A stretch of 64,000 nucleotides of DNA from a virus, in IMG/VR virus record IMGVR_UViG_3300032032_000001, positions 64,001 through 128,000 of that record; one strand, 5' to 3'. Of the stretch, positions 10,181-20,098 are shown one piece after another. How positions within the stretch are numbered: position 1 is the stretch's first letter; each line of letters starts with the position of its first letter. The notes beneath the pieces are model-generated. The model worked only from the letters and a program-made list of their open reading frames with translations, was not told where the DNA came from and did not search any database. Made by a program: the position numbers and the translations under genes.

Positions 10181-12000
10181 TGAGCCTGGGCGACTACCTC
10201 ATAAAATCCGCCGCTGCGGACGTTGGCAAGGAGAAGAAGCCTCACGGCACCGGTATCCCTGCCATGAAGGAGTGGTTCGCCCCATACCCGCACCAAAAGA
10301 GAGCCATTGACCGACTGTTCTCCAACAAGGGCAAGATGATTCTGGCCCACGAGATGGGGACCGGAAAAACCGCAGCGTCTATCTACGGCTTTGAGCGCCT
10401 CCGTCACGAAGGGAAAGCAAAGAAAGCCTTGGTGGTGTGCCCCTCAGGGCTTAGAGCAAACTTCGCTGAGGGCGGAGTACAGAAATTCACGACAAGTTCT
10501 GTCGAGGTCGTTGGTTCAGCGTCTGAGGTCTCCAAGAAGGCTGGGTATGTTAGGCCCGGTAGCGAAGGTGGCGCAGCGTACACGATTGTCAGCTACGCGC
10601 AGTTCAGGCGAGACCCTGAAGGATTCATGAAAAGAACGGGGGCTGACACCCTCATCCTTGATGAGTTCCACAAGACGCGTAATGAGCGAGCCTCCACGTT
10701 TAAGGCAGCGCTCGCCGCCCGCAGGTACGCCCATAACTTCATGGGGCTTACAGCATCACTGATTAATAACAATCCAGGCGAAGTGGCTACGCTGATGACT
10801 ATCTCTGAGAAGAACAGAGATATGTCTCCAACAGAATTTCGGAAAAGGTTCACCAAGACCATTGGCTACACAAAAGGATTTGGTGGCGGAAAAAAGAAAA
10901 TCAAAGGCTTTAAGAACGTAGAGGAACTTAAAGCTCGTACCCAGCCAAAGATCGACCATGTCCGGACAGGCGACCTGAAGGGCAAAACTATGCCCAGGAA
11001 AGATGTCCAAAACATTGATGTTGAGATGTCCCCCAAGCAGTACCAGCTGTACCAACTGGCATTAGACAAGCTCGGGCCCCTGAAAGAACGGGTGCTTCGG
11101 AGCGACCCAAACGTTTCAGTCAGAGAGGCGGAGTTCCTGTTCGCGCAAATATCTGCCGCTAGACAGGTCGCAAACTCAGTCCACACGGGACGCAAGGACA
11201 TCACTCCTGAGAAATCGTCCAGAATCACCCCGAAGGTGAACAGGCTGCTGACGGACACCGAGTCTCATTTAGCTTCAAAGCCGGATAACAAAGTTGTCCT
11301 CTATTCTAACCTTGTTCGGGGAGGGGTTGATGTCCTCTCTGCTGGGCTGACGGCTCGTGGCATTGATCACGCACTGTTTGTAGGCAAGGGCAAGGAGGTC
11401 GGTGGCAGGAAGGTGACTGGGATAACCAGACAGAAGGGCGTTCAGGAGTACAAGGACGGGAAGAAGCGAGTAATTGTTCTGAGTGGTGCGGGCGCTGAAG
11501 GCCTGGACCTTAAGAACTCCACTGCTTTTTACGCCCTGGATGGACACTTCAACCCGCAGCGTATTCTACAGGCAGAAGCGCGTGCAAGACGGCTGGGCGG
11601 CCAGAAGCATCGTGAAGAAAAGAACCGGGCAGTGGACACGCGTAGGTATAGGAGCGTGGTCCCGAAGTCGTCCCACCCAGGGATCATCGGCAAGATGTTC
11701 GGAAGAAAGGTGCCTAAGACAACGGACCAGTGGATGTACGATGTCGCAGGCCGGAAGCATAAAGAGCAGGAACAGTTCTACAAGGCCTTCCGAGAGCCGC
11801 CTAAGCATATTTATAAGTATAGAGACAAGAACGGGAGGGTTCGATATGTATACCCCAAAAAGCAGCAAAAGCAGCAGAGTAAGCCAGGAATCTTTTCTAG
11901 ACTCTTCTCCAGAAAGCCCACCGTCCCAACTGCTGAGCAAGTTGGGCGTGCGACAGGTACCCAGCTTGCGATTAGCGCAAACAGACCAACGGTGTCTTAA
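10180..12000 (+). CDS. SNF2-family (SF2) helicase/translocase
   Basis: PYPHQ Q-motif, HEMGTGKT Walker A, ILDEFH Walker B, LTAS motif III, GAEGLDL motif V, QAEARARR motif VI. Confidence 0.9.
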   Translation: MSLGDYLIKSAAADVGKEKKPHGTGIPAMKEWFAPYPHQKRAIDRLFSNKGKMILAHEMGTGKTAASIYGFERLRHEGKAKKALVVCPSGLRANFAEGGVQKFTTSSVEVVGSASEVSKKAGYVRPGSEGGAAYTIVSYAQFRRDPEGFMKRTGADTLILDEFHKTRNERASTFKAALAARRYAHNFMGLTASLINNNPGEVATLMTISEKNRDMSPTEFRKRFTKTIGYTKGFGGGKKKIKGFKNVEELKARTQPKIDHVRTGDLKGKTMPRKDVQNIDVEMSPKQYQLYQLALDKLGPLKERVLRSDPNVSVREAEFLFAQISAARQVANSVHTGRKDITPEKSSRITPKVNRLLTDTESHLASKPDNKVVLYSNLVRGGVDVLSAGLTARGIDHALFVGKGKEVGGRKVTGITRQKGVQEYKDGKKRVIVLSGAGAEGLDLKNSTAFYALDGHFNPQRILQAEARARRLGGQKHREEKNRAVDTRRYRSVVPKSSHPGIIGKMFGRKVPKTTDQWMYDVAGRKHKEQEQFYKAFREPPKHIYKYRDKNGRVRYVYPKKQQKQQSKPGIFSRLFSRKPTVPTAEQVGRATGTQLAISANRPTVS

Positions 12001-12130
12001 CTGTGCTCAGTTTATGTACGCTGCTGGCCGTGCCCACTCGGGCGATGGGGAGTGCTCTATGCACCGCACACCTGTTAGGGAAGACTTTGTGTGCGATGGG
12101 TGGGAAGACGTTAACGGCGACGAAGAGTGA
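11948..12130 (+). CDS. Small Cys-rich protein (HiPIP-like CxxC...C...CDGW pattern)
   Basis: GTG 11948 start of the in-frame tail of ORF 11483-12130: RCLNCAQF...GECSMH...FVCDGWE. Confidence 0.5.
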   Translation: MRQVPSLRLAQTDQRCLNCAQFMYAAGRAHSGDGECSMHRTPVREDFVCDGWEDVNGDEE

Positions 12131-12270
12131 TTATAGCAGTACCGGTCTTCTTATTGATTGTTATCTTGGCTCTTGGGATGAAATCTTTGACTAACTGGCC
12201 AATCAATTGTTTATTATGGTGTGATATTGGTGGCCACAATTTTAACACGTAGGTATTTTCTTCTGTATGA

Positions 12271-13968
12271 GTGTATTCGATAAAATCATTACCGACTGCT
12301 CTAGAAAGAGAGCCAGCAAGCCGATGGATGGTGTCTTTAGCTATGTCGCTTCCGTATGAAATAGCAGAGGAAAGCCCGGATCGGTCGTTGTTTCCTACTG
12401 AGTTTGTTGGGTCTTTCTTCAACATCCCCTCCCTGGGTGAGCTTGAGAAGTTCTCCTTTAGGGGGCGTAGGTACCTTGTGCCTATCTACGACACGCCCGC
12501 CAAGAGGCTTCTGCTTCAGTGCGGTCGTCAGGTTGAGAAAAGTACGACCCTGGGTAATATTATCCTAACATACTCAATGCTACGCAGACACTTTAGATCA
12601 CTGTTTGTCAGCCCGACGCAGCAGCAGACTGAGACATTCTCTAGGGATAGAATTGCTACACCTACCGAGCTTTCGTCAACCCTTAAAGCGTTTACTCGTG
12701 GGGATGGGACTAAAGACAACGTATTGTACAAGAAGTATGTAACCGGTTCGGATATTACGCTGAGATACGCCTTCCTACACGCTGATCGTGTTCGTGGTAT
12801 CTCCGCAGACATGCTCTTGCTAGATGAGATCCAGGACATTTTGACAGATGTGATTCCTGTTATTGAGGAGTCCCTGTCCCACTCGCCGTTTAAGATTCTT
12901 AGGTATTCCGGCACGCCCAAAAGCCTGGACAATACGATCAGCTACTACTGGAATCAGTTTTCCACCCAAAACGAATGGGTAATCCCCTGCGAGGCGTGCA
13001 ATAAGTGGAACGTTATTGGTGAGAACAGTATTGGCCCCGTAGGGCTTATTTGCGACAAGTGCGGCAAGTCTATAGATCCTGATCATCAAAGAGCGCAATG
13101 GGCATCCATGAGATCTCCGGAGTGGCTTACTAATCCGCCTGTGAATACTCCGTTTGAGGGTTACAGGATCCCCCAGGTGATCGCCCCGTGGATAAACTGG
13201 AACGACATTCTAGACAAACAAAAGCGCTACAGCAGGGCGCAGTTCTTTAACGAGGTTCTTGGGCTTGGCTACGACTCTGGTGAAAAGCCGATTACCCGAG
13301 ACCTTCTGATTGAACACTGTTCCAATGAACCGAATAACCTAGAAACAGCACTAAAGCTCAATGCGCGAGGAACCGGGGCCTGCTGCATGGGGATTGACTG
13401 GGGAACGGGAGAAAACACCTACACCGTCCTTACTGTTGGGAAATACTTCGGTAATAAGTTTAGATATATCTACTTCAAGCAGTTTTCTGGACCTGAGGCT
13501 GAGCCAGAAGTGATGATGAAAAACATTGTCAACTTAGTGCATCAATTTAAATGCGAATGTATCGGCGTTGACTACGGCGGTGGGTTTGACCGCAACGATA
13601 AGCTGATCCGAACTTTTGGGATAACACGTATCGCTAGATATCAGTATGTAAATACGCGGCGCATATACTTCGACAAAACGCTTGCAAGGTTTATGGTTAA
13701 TAGAACCGAAGCGTTGATGTCGGTCATTAATGCGTTAAACAGGAAAGATACATTCATGCTCCCCAGGTGGGATACTTTTGAGACGCCCTTTGCAAGCGAC
13801 ATGCTTTCTGTATTTACTGAGTACAACGAGGCCCGAAGAACGACTATTATTAATAAGACTCCTGGGACTACGGACGATACATTGCACGCAATGACTTACT
13901 GTTTCCTAGCGTCTATGATAAAGCACCCAAGACCTGATATATTAGCACCGAGTGGAGACAAAGACTAG
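12271..13968 (+). CDS. terL: Terminase large subunit (lambda GpA-like); true start probably near 12325-12343
   Basis: CGRQVEKST Walker A, ADRVRGIS, LLLDEIQD Walker B, YSGTPK, CxxC..CxxC zinc site, QFFNEVLG, GIDWG nuclease motif, DDTLHA. Confidence 0.92.
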   Translation: MYSIKSLPTALEREPASRWMVSLAMSLPYEIAEESPDRSLFPTEFVGSFFNIPSLGELEKFSFRGRRYLVPIYDTPAKRLLLQCGRQVEKSTTLGNIILTYSMLRRHFRSLFVSPTQQQTETFSRDRIATPTELSSTLKAFTRGDGTKDNVLYKKYVTGSDITLRYAFLHADRVRGISADMLLLDEIQDILTDVIPVIEESLSHSPFKILRYSGTPKSLDNTISYYWNQFSTQNEWVIPCEACNKWNVIGENSIGPVGLICDKCGKSIDPDHQRAQWASMRSPEWLTNPPVNTPFEGYRIPQVIAPWINWNDILDKQKRYSRAQFFNEVLGLGYDSGEKPITRDLLIEHCSNEPNNLETALKLNARGTGACCMGIDWGTGENTYTVLTVGKYFGNKFRYIYFKQFSGPEAEPEVMMKNIVNLVHQFKCECIGVDYGGGFDRNDKLIRTFGITRIARYQYVNTRRIYFDKTLARFMVNRTEALMSVINALNRKDTFMLPRWDTFETPFASDMLSVFTEYNEARRTTIINKTPGTTDDTLHAMTYCFLASMIKHPRPDILAPSGDKD

Positions 13969-14526
13969 ATGTTCAGCAAGCAAGCCAAATTAAGATCTTT
14001 GCTTAAAGCAAAGCTGCGTGAAGCAGGACTCCTGAAGTCCGTGCGTAGCGGTAAGCTAGATTTTAAGGAGCTTGGTAATAGCCCTATGTTTCGGGTCCCA
14101 GACTCCCTAAAGAAGGTTAAGGGGCTTACCCCTGATGACCTCACAAGTCTGAAGAAACACCACCATGGACGACTTGCGGCCCGAAACCCTGATAAGGGTT
14201 ACTTGGCTGCCGCTAATGAACTCGGAGAGAAAGGTGCCATCTCTGAGGCCGAGATGCATAAATTAATTTCTGATCACCCACACTGGTCCAATATCGCTAA
14301 AGGGCTTCTAGCTAAAGGCAGCAAAAAAACAAAGACGCTGGGTCTAACCAGATCTGAGATTCTGGAGAATCCTGGGGCGGCGGCTGCTGGAGAAGTTATT
14401 ACTAGGGATATGGTCAAGGGGCTCTCAAGGGCCTTCAAGGGTAAAGAAGGCCTACTTAAGGGCAAGAAAATAAACGTTAACCTGCGAGTGAGCGGCGAGA
14501 AGCCCCAGCTCAGAGTTATCAAGTAA
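13969..14526 (+). CDS. Basic hypothetical protein with N-terminal FSKQA motif
   Basis: 185 aa, Lys-rich, abuts terL. Confidence 0.6.
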   Translation: MFSKQAKLRSLLKAKLREAGLLKSVRSGKLDFKELGNSPMFRVPDSLKKVKGLTPDDLTSLKKHHHGRLAARNPDKGYLAAANELGEKGAISEAEMHKLISDHPHWSNIAKGLLAKGSKKTKTLGLTRSEILENPGAAAAGEVITRDMVKGLSRAFKGKEGLLKGKKINVNLRVSGEKPQLRVIK

Positions 14527-14537
14527 AGGGGTATACC

Positions 14538-15599
14538 ATGGATTTTGTTCAATATTTATCATCTAAAGAAGATGCTGGCGCATCTCCAGAAACTCTCCGC
14601 CAACTGGGTAGCCGTGCCGCAGTGCGCTTTGTTCAGGAAAAAGCCCCGCTAAACCATTCTATAGCCTCTATGGCTAAGGAAGCTGGGTTGAATATTGAGC
14701 AGGTTAGACGTGTGGCGGAGTACGCTAATAATGCTACATTCGCCCACCTGTTCAAGAACGGGTACGAAAAAAACATCACCTTCCCCATGGCTGACGCCTC
14801 CGCGATCATGCAGGAGAAGGACTCAACGGTCACCAAGACCGCCTCAACTAAGCCATATATCCCAGAGAGCAAGTATATTCCAGGACAGGAGTACGTCAGC
14901 ATCGACGACGCTTTCGGGGCGTCCGAAGACCTTGAAAAGGTTGCAGGCATCTCTGACACGGAACGACATGTTAAAGCGCTAGAATTTTTAGACCTAAAAA
15001 GGGAATCGGACAGGCTGGATAGTGAAATTAAGCTGGCCGCCGATGAGTTTGCCATCAAGCTGCACGGTCTTAAAGACTTGTGTAAAGAAGCAGCCAATAG
15101 CGGGTACACCCCGAGCACTATTGGGGCTGCCATTGAGTCGGCGAACCCCTCCGATGGTCTCCTCTCCGTCATTAAGACTGACTTTGAGGATTCGGTTTCT
15201 TTCGGGCATATGGACAAGCTCGCCTTTGGCGGCATGGCTGTTATGCCGGGGAACCCGGTCACTGGGCTCACCCAGGACCTGGAAGGCGTTAGCGGGAAGC
15301 TGGTTACAGCGCAGCAAGCTATGCACCGAGTCCAGATGGCCATGACCGAACTTTTAGGAATCCTTAGAGGCCCCGCTCCGGGAAGCGATATGGCCAACAC
15401 AGTCTTCAACCCAGGCGGTATGGGCTCTCAGCCCGCGCCTCCCCCAGGAGCCCCGGCTGCTCCGCAAGCGGCTGGCGCTCCTCCCCAGGAGACACCGTCG
15501 GCCTCTCCCCCCTCGCAGGGCGCAGCCGGGGCACCTACCTCCCCCGAACCCCAAGCACAGGGTGGTGGGTTAGGTCAATTATTTGGAGGTAATAGATGA
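14538..15599 (+). CDS. Head-associated structural protein with K-x-A motifs and Pro-rich tail
   Basis: MAKEA, VTKTAS, LEKVAG, MDKLAF; coiled-coil middle region. Confidence 0.6.
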   Translation: MDFVQYLSSKEDAGASPETLRQLGSRAAVRFVQEKAPLNHSIASMAKEAGLNIEQVRRVAEYANNATFAHLFKNGYEKNITFPMADASAIMQEKDSTVTKTASTKPYIPESKYIPGQEYVSIDDAFGASEDLEKVAGISDTERHVKALEFLDLKRESDRLDSEIKLAADEFAIKLHGLKDLCKEAANSGYTPSTIGAAIESANPSDGLLSVIKTDFEDSVSFGHMDKLAFGGMAVMPGNPVTGLTQDLEGVSGKLVTAQQAMHRVQMAMTELLGILRGPAPGSDMANTVFNPGGMGSQPAPPPGAPAAPQAAGAPPQETPSASPPSQGAAGAPTSPEPQAQGGGLGQLFGGNR

Positions 15600-16264
15600 T
15601 CGATCCAGCAAGAAAGATTGCCCTACTTACGGAGCTTGAGAAGCGAGCCGCCCCTGGGGATAGCTGGGATAATATTAAATCCTCTATTCGTGGTGGCGTT
15701 GACAGGATGAAGAATGCGCCAGTCATGGGCGGCCCCTCCCTAAACAAGATGATGAGTAGGGCGCACGGTGCCGCATGGGCTGGTCCGTCGAAAGTAGTCG
15801 CCGCTCCGATCAAGTCTGGAACCGAGCGTGCCAAAGAGCTTCTCCTCGGCGAGAAAGCTACGCACGGCCCACACAAAGGCTCCCGCCTGCACCCAGTCAA
15901 GGGTGGCCCTGGCGGGTACCATGGTGGACTTAAGGTTATCGAGAAGGCTGAGTATGATGCCATCAAGGCAGGCTCGAAGAAGGGGCAGGTCTCCGCAAGC
16001 AAAATTGGCGGTAAGACGTTCTATTTTAAGCGTAAGTTTAGACCAGGAGGCCTCGCTGGTGTGATGATGCGTCACCCAGGGAAGTCGGCGCTAGGAGCCC
16101 TAGCTCTTTACTGGCTCGCAAAGAAAGAAAACAGGCAGGCTGCTGGGCAAGCGGTCGGAGGTATGCTTCCAGGTATGCCGAAGGGCCCAACCGAGGACGT
16201 TCAAAAAGAATGGTCCCAGCAACTGTCTTACAAAAACCCGCTGTCTGAACAGGCCTGGGGATAA
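15596..16264 (+). CDS. Basic Gly-rich candidate internal virion protein
   Basis: GGAGG RBS; LEKRAA near the N-terminus; one hydrophobic helix. Confidence 0.6.
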   Translation: MIDPARKIALLTELEKRAAPGDSWDNIKSSIRGGVDRMKNAPVMGGPSLNKMMSRAHGAAWAGPSKVVAAPIKSGTERAKELLLGEKATHGPHKGSRLHPVKGGPGGYHGGLKVIEKAEYDAIKAGSKKGQVSASKIGGKTFYFKRKFRPGGLAGVMMRHPGKSALGALALYWLAKKENRQAAGQAVGGMLPGMPKGPTEDVQKEWSQQLSYKNPLSEQAWG

Positions 16265-16274
16265 GGAGTCCACA

Positions 16275-16757
16275 ATGGATAAAGAAGCTAAATTTCGACT
16301 CATGAAAGCCCTCAAGAACTCCGGCATTGCCCGTATGTACAGGGGGGCCATGACACCATCTGTGAGAGAAGGCCTCCAGAAAGGCCTTGTCTGGGGAACC
16401 GGTGCGGCTGGCCTTACGGCAGGTATTCGCGGTATGGATGCGGCCATCGATTCGGTGCGTGTACCCAGGCAAAAGCGTAAGGCTTTTAATGATATGATCG
16501 AGGATAACCCAACCCTCAAGAAAGAGAACACAAAGGATGTCGCCCGTATCTTTAATACGCTGCACACCTTCAACCCAGAGATGGCGAGTGATCCTCTGGT
16601 TGCCGGGTCTTTTATGCGTAGAGCACTCCAGTTCAAAGATGAGGGCCTTCAACCAGTCGATGTGAAGACTTTGGCTGAAGTTAGGAAGCTACACTCAGAC
16701 GGTAAGCGAAAAGAAACGCTACTTCAGGCCATGTTTGGCTCAAGCTTGCCAGGGTAA
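16275..16757 (+). CDS. Candidate internal virion protein
   Basis: AAGGAG RBS; begins MDKEA. Confidence 0.65.
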   Translation: MDKEAKFRLMKALKNSGIARMYRGAMTPSVREGLQKGLVWGTGAAGLTAGIRGMDAAIDSVRVPRQKRKAFNDMIEDNPTLKKENTKDVARIFNTLHTFNPEMASDPLVAGSFMRRALQFKDEGLQPVDVKTLAEVRKLHSDGKRKETLLQAMFGSSLPG

Positions 16758-16760
16758 ACA

Positions 16761-17447
16761 ATGAGCAGTGGGAAAAAGAATAAGCGATTCCAAGAGTCAA
16801 GGGCTGCTGAGTTTCTAGCGTCCCCTGCTGGGAAAGCTTTGTCTTCCGCTGCGTTTACAGGGGTTTCTCTTGTCGGACTTAGGAAAATCCTGAGAACAAG
16901 GGGCATCCGAAAAAGATTGCCCACATCGTTCAAGGATATGAAGGGGGATGTTCGGGGTCTTTCAAACAAAGACCTCAGAAGCGCCTCCGGGTTATCCGCA
17001 ATTATGGGCGCTGCGTTTGCTGGACCAGACAAGAGTACCTACGCGAACAATCTGAATAAGCGACTACTCTCTGGTGGAAAACTTACCCGGACGGAGCGGA
17101 AGCGCTTGTTTGGGGGGGAAGCCCCGAAGGCGCGGAAGAAGAAGTCTAAAACCGGCTTTAATGATGTGTACTGGTCTCCTAAGAAATGGGGGGCCGCGAT
17201 GGCAGCATCGACAGGGCTCGGTAGTTTAGTGTCTGGATCCATGGGTAGAGGGTGGTCATTCACGCCCAGGGTGGCTGCGGGGCAAGCTCTTCTTAGTTTC
17301 CCAACCATGATGGGTGAGGCCACAATAAGAAAAGAAATTCAAACCAGAGCCTTAGCAAGTAGGCTCAGTAGCGGTAAAGATCTTCTGCCCGCTGAGAAGC
17401 GGCTGCTCTCTACGATGAAGAAGATTAGGGCGGAAGGCGGAAAATAA
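16761..17447 (+). CDS. Highly basic hypothetical protein
   Basis: 228 aa, K/R-rich with short hydrophobic stretches. Confidence 0.6.
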   Translation: MSSGKKNKRFQESRAAEFLASPAGKALSSAAFTGVSLVGLRKILRTRGIRKRLPTSFKDMKGDVRGLSNKDLRSASGLSAIMGAAFAGPDKSTYANNLNKRLLSGGKLTRTERKRLFGGEAPKARKKKSKTGFNDVYWSPKKWGAAMAASTGLGSLVSGSMGRGWSFTPRVAAGQALLSFPTMMGEATIRKEIQTRALASRLSSGKDLLPAEKRLLSTMKKIRAEGGK

Positions 17448-19129
17448 TGCTTAAATTACTTACATTCCCAGGGTCAGACGATGATGGGAACATTTTTGTT
17501 CAAGCCATCAACCCGGCAGAAGACTTAACTAAAGTCGCCGACGGGACCCTTTCCCCCGAGATCTCGAATCACATCTCCACGCTGAAAAGCAGCCCCGGCT
17601 GTTTGTTTGTTCTAGTTAACGCTTTGGGGGCTGGTGAGTATTACGGTAGTAATATTAACGGTGATTACTTTGAGGAGTCTGAGCTAAACCCCAAAACCCC
17701 CACAGATTTGGCAGGGTACAAGACTTTCGCTAACGCGGGCATCTACAGGCACCATAAGAATAAAGACATAGCTAAGTCTATGGGTCAGGTTGTGTTCTCA
17801 AATTACAACCCCGTAATGCACCGAGTTGAGCTGATCATACGGGTTGATAGGACAAAAGCGGAGTCAGAGGGCCATTCGGATCTTGTCCGTAGGCTTGATG
17901 CGGGTGAACACCCTGCGGTCAGTATGGGGTGTAAGGTTAAGTACGATGTGTGCTCAATATGTGGCCACAAGTCCAAGACTAGGGCCGACTACTGCGTACA
18001 CGCTAAAACAATGATGGGTAAGGTGTTCCCAGACGGTAGAAAGGTTTTCGTATACAATCCTAGGCCAAGGTTTTTCGACCTAAGCTTTGTTGTTATTGGT
18101 GCAGACCGAACAAGTTACGCAATGGCAAAGGTCGCCAGCGTGTATGGTGGCTCATCTGCCTATGCCGCAGAAGCGGAAGGTTTGCGGGACGGGGATACGG
18201 TTTCAATGCTCAAAGAGAAGCTGGCAAAGAAGCAGAAAGTGTCTCAAATACTTAAGCAGGTGCCCGCCATGTCGGCAAAGGTTATGCCCCCGATAACCAG
18301 GGCGGAGCCTAATATCGGGTGCTCATGCTTAAACCAGCTTGGAAAGCAACCGCTCCAGAAAGTCCTAACAACCTCTGCGTCTAGCGGGATTGTTTTGAAG
18401 CCGCAAGAGTTCCAGAGAATTGTACTTGTTAGGATGGGGCACAAGCCTTTGGCTGATAGACTTGACAGGTCCGGGCAAATTTTCCCAGAATCGTCAAATG
18501 TTGACCGAAGCGTTATTATTGGTAGACCCCATGACCATTCTCATGGCATTAGAGATTTATTGATGAATATTCTCCAACAAAGGAGTATGTTCGGACCGGT
18601 ATTGCGTAAACGCATTATCATTATTAAGAAGATGGGGCCTTCTACAGAGGCCCACCCACAGCATATGCTAGGGATGCGGAAATTAAGTGGCATTAAAGAT
18701 ACCAATCTATCAAGTGGGGAAAAGGCTCTTCTTAATAAGATCGGTGCAAGTTACAATGGTTACCGCGAGCAACTATTAGAGAAAATAGGATCTATAGTTG
18801 ATAATATTACGAGAGGTGATATAAAATTGCTTTCCGCAATCGACAATGGCACAGGATTAGAAGATGCCTTTACCGGAGACCCCATGACTAAAGAAGCAAC
18901 GCTGCCGTTCGCTTTGTTGGGTGTACTTCCTATGGCTTATCTTTACGGGGCCCACGCACGAACTAAGCGAGGTCGCGGCCAATCACTAAGTGCTCTTGAT
19001 ACTTTTGTGGAAAAACATCCGGTTTTAGCATCCTCTGTTTTCCTTGGATTGACACGGCTTGGGGCAAAAATGTCTTCAGCGGGTATGTTCAAACAGGGAC
19101 TGGAGAAGCTCCTTGCTAAAATCGATTAA
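17447..19129 (+). CDS. Prohead (capsid maturation) protease with Zn-binding insert and C-terminal extension
   Basis: NINGDYF, YRHH, AVSMGCKVKYDVCSICGH...YCVH and FFDLSFV...AD motifs fit large-phage HK97/herpes-fold prohead proteases; located upstream of scaffold-like genes and MCP. Confidence 0.8.
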   Translation: MLKLLTFPGSDDDGNIFVQAINPAEDLTKVADGTLSPEISNHISTLKSSPGCLFVLVNALGAGEYYGSNINGDYFEESELNPKTPTDLAGYKTFANAGIYRHHKNKDIAKSMGQVVFSNYNPVMHRVELIIRVDRTKAESEGHSDLVRRLDAGEHPAVSMGCKVKYDVCSICGHKSKTRADYCVHAKTMMGKVFPDGRKVFVYNPRPRFFDLSFVVIGADRTSYAMAKVASVYGGSSAYAAEAEGLRDGDTVSMLKEKLAKKQKVSQILKQVPAMSAKVMPPITRAEPNIGCSCLNQLGKQPLQKVLTTSASSGIVLKPQEFQRIVLVRMGHKPLADRLDRSGQIFPESSNVDRSVIIGRPHDHSHGIRDLLMNILQQRSMFGPVLRKRIIIIKKMGPSTEAHPQHMLGMRKLSGIKDTNLSSGEKALLNKIGASYNGYREQLLEKIGSIVDNITRGDIKLLSAIDNGTGLEDAFTGDPMTKEATLPFALLGVLPMAYLYGAHARTKRGRGQSLSALDTFVEKHPVLASSVFLGLTRLGAKMSSAGMFKQGLEKLLAKID

Positions 19130-19228
19130 ACGCCATGTGGTATTTAGGCTGAATATCGGCCAAAGATGGTGCCCCGGCAGGACCGTGTTAAAACTTGAAA
19201 ACTCAAATCCCTTAAGGAGGGTAAAACG

Positions 19229-19840
19229 ATGAACGAACTGTTAGCACAGGCCTACGGAACAGCCGACAATATCCAGATCAACTCTGGCGTAGAGAAGACT
19301 GCCGAGGCCGCACTACTTGAAGAACTTGAAAAAATCGCAAGCGCTGAGGGCATTGACCTCAACGAATTCGACGATAATGACATCATGGAAATTATCGGCG
19401 AAGCGCTTGGTGAGACCGAGAAGGTGGCCGCTGCCACTGAAGAGACTGAAGAGGTTGCTGAAGAGGGCGAGGCCAAATTGGCTGAAGCTGACTTCCTTGG
19501 CCGAACCATGGCTCACTCGTTCTACGATGAACTTACCTCCATTCAGCATGGTGGCACTGAGAAGACCGCCGCTCGCAACAGCGACAACTTCTTGAAGGTT
19601 GCTGCTGATGAGGTCAACGCTGATGAGATTGACCCTGAAATGGCTCAGGCTTTTGAGGACGCTGCTATGGCTCGCGCTTCTGAGATTATCGAATATCTCG
19701 ACAGCGGTGAAGTTAAGCAGTCTTCTGCTGCGTACGATGACGAAGAGCTTGACTCTGCTGTCACCGAGCGTGCCGGAGAGCTTCTCAGTGAGGCTGGTTA
19801 TGACGTAGAGGCAATTTCTGCGGCACTCACTGGCGAGTAA
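19229..19840 (+). CDS. Acidic scaffold/core-like protein
   Basis: AAGGAGG RBS; very E/D-rich; VEKTAE, LEKIAS, TEKVAA, TEKTAA, FLKVAA. Confidence 0.65.
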   Translation: MNELLAQAYGTADNIQINSGVEKTAEAALLEELEKIASAEGIDLNEFDDNDIMEIIGEALGETEKVAAATEETEEVAEEGEAKLAEADFLGRTMAHSFYDELTSIQHGGTEKTAARNSDNFLKVAADEVNADEIDPEMAQAFEDAAMARASEIIEYLDSGEVKQSSAAYDDEELDSAVTERAGELLSEAGYDVEAISAALTGE

Positions 19841-19845
19841 TTACT

Positions 19846-20037
19846 TTGTCTAAGAGGGATAAACAAAAGCAGGAGAAGATCGAAAGGCTCAAGAAAGCAT
19901 TTCGAAAAGCGCAGGAAGAGGGTGAAGACTCTCTAAAAAAGGGCTCTAAGGAGCTTAAAAATAACCCTGACAGGTCTGCCTTGTTTACCTTATTAGCTGG
20001 TAATATAATCAACAGGAGTAAATCGCAGAAGCGATAA
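19846..20037 (+). CDS. Small basic hypothetical protein
   Basis: 63-aa ORF filling the gap between two scaffold-like genes. Confidence 0.4.
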   Translation: MSKRDKQKQEKIERLKKAFRKAQEEGEDSLKKGSKELKNNPDRSALFTLLAGNIINRSKSQKR

Positions 20038-20047
20038 TAAGAGACAA

Positions 20048-20075
20048 CCCCCGCTCGGGGAAACTCGGGCGGGGG
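20048..20075 (+). other. GC-rich hairpin with GAAA tetraloop (RNA stability or attenuation element)
   Basis: CCCCCGCTCGGG-GAAA-CTCGGGCGGGGG, no U-tract, upstream of the 20099 gene. Confidence 0.55.
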
Positions 20076-20098
20076 GAGTCCCCAGGAGAAAAGCACAT

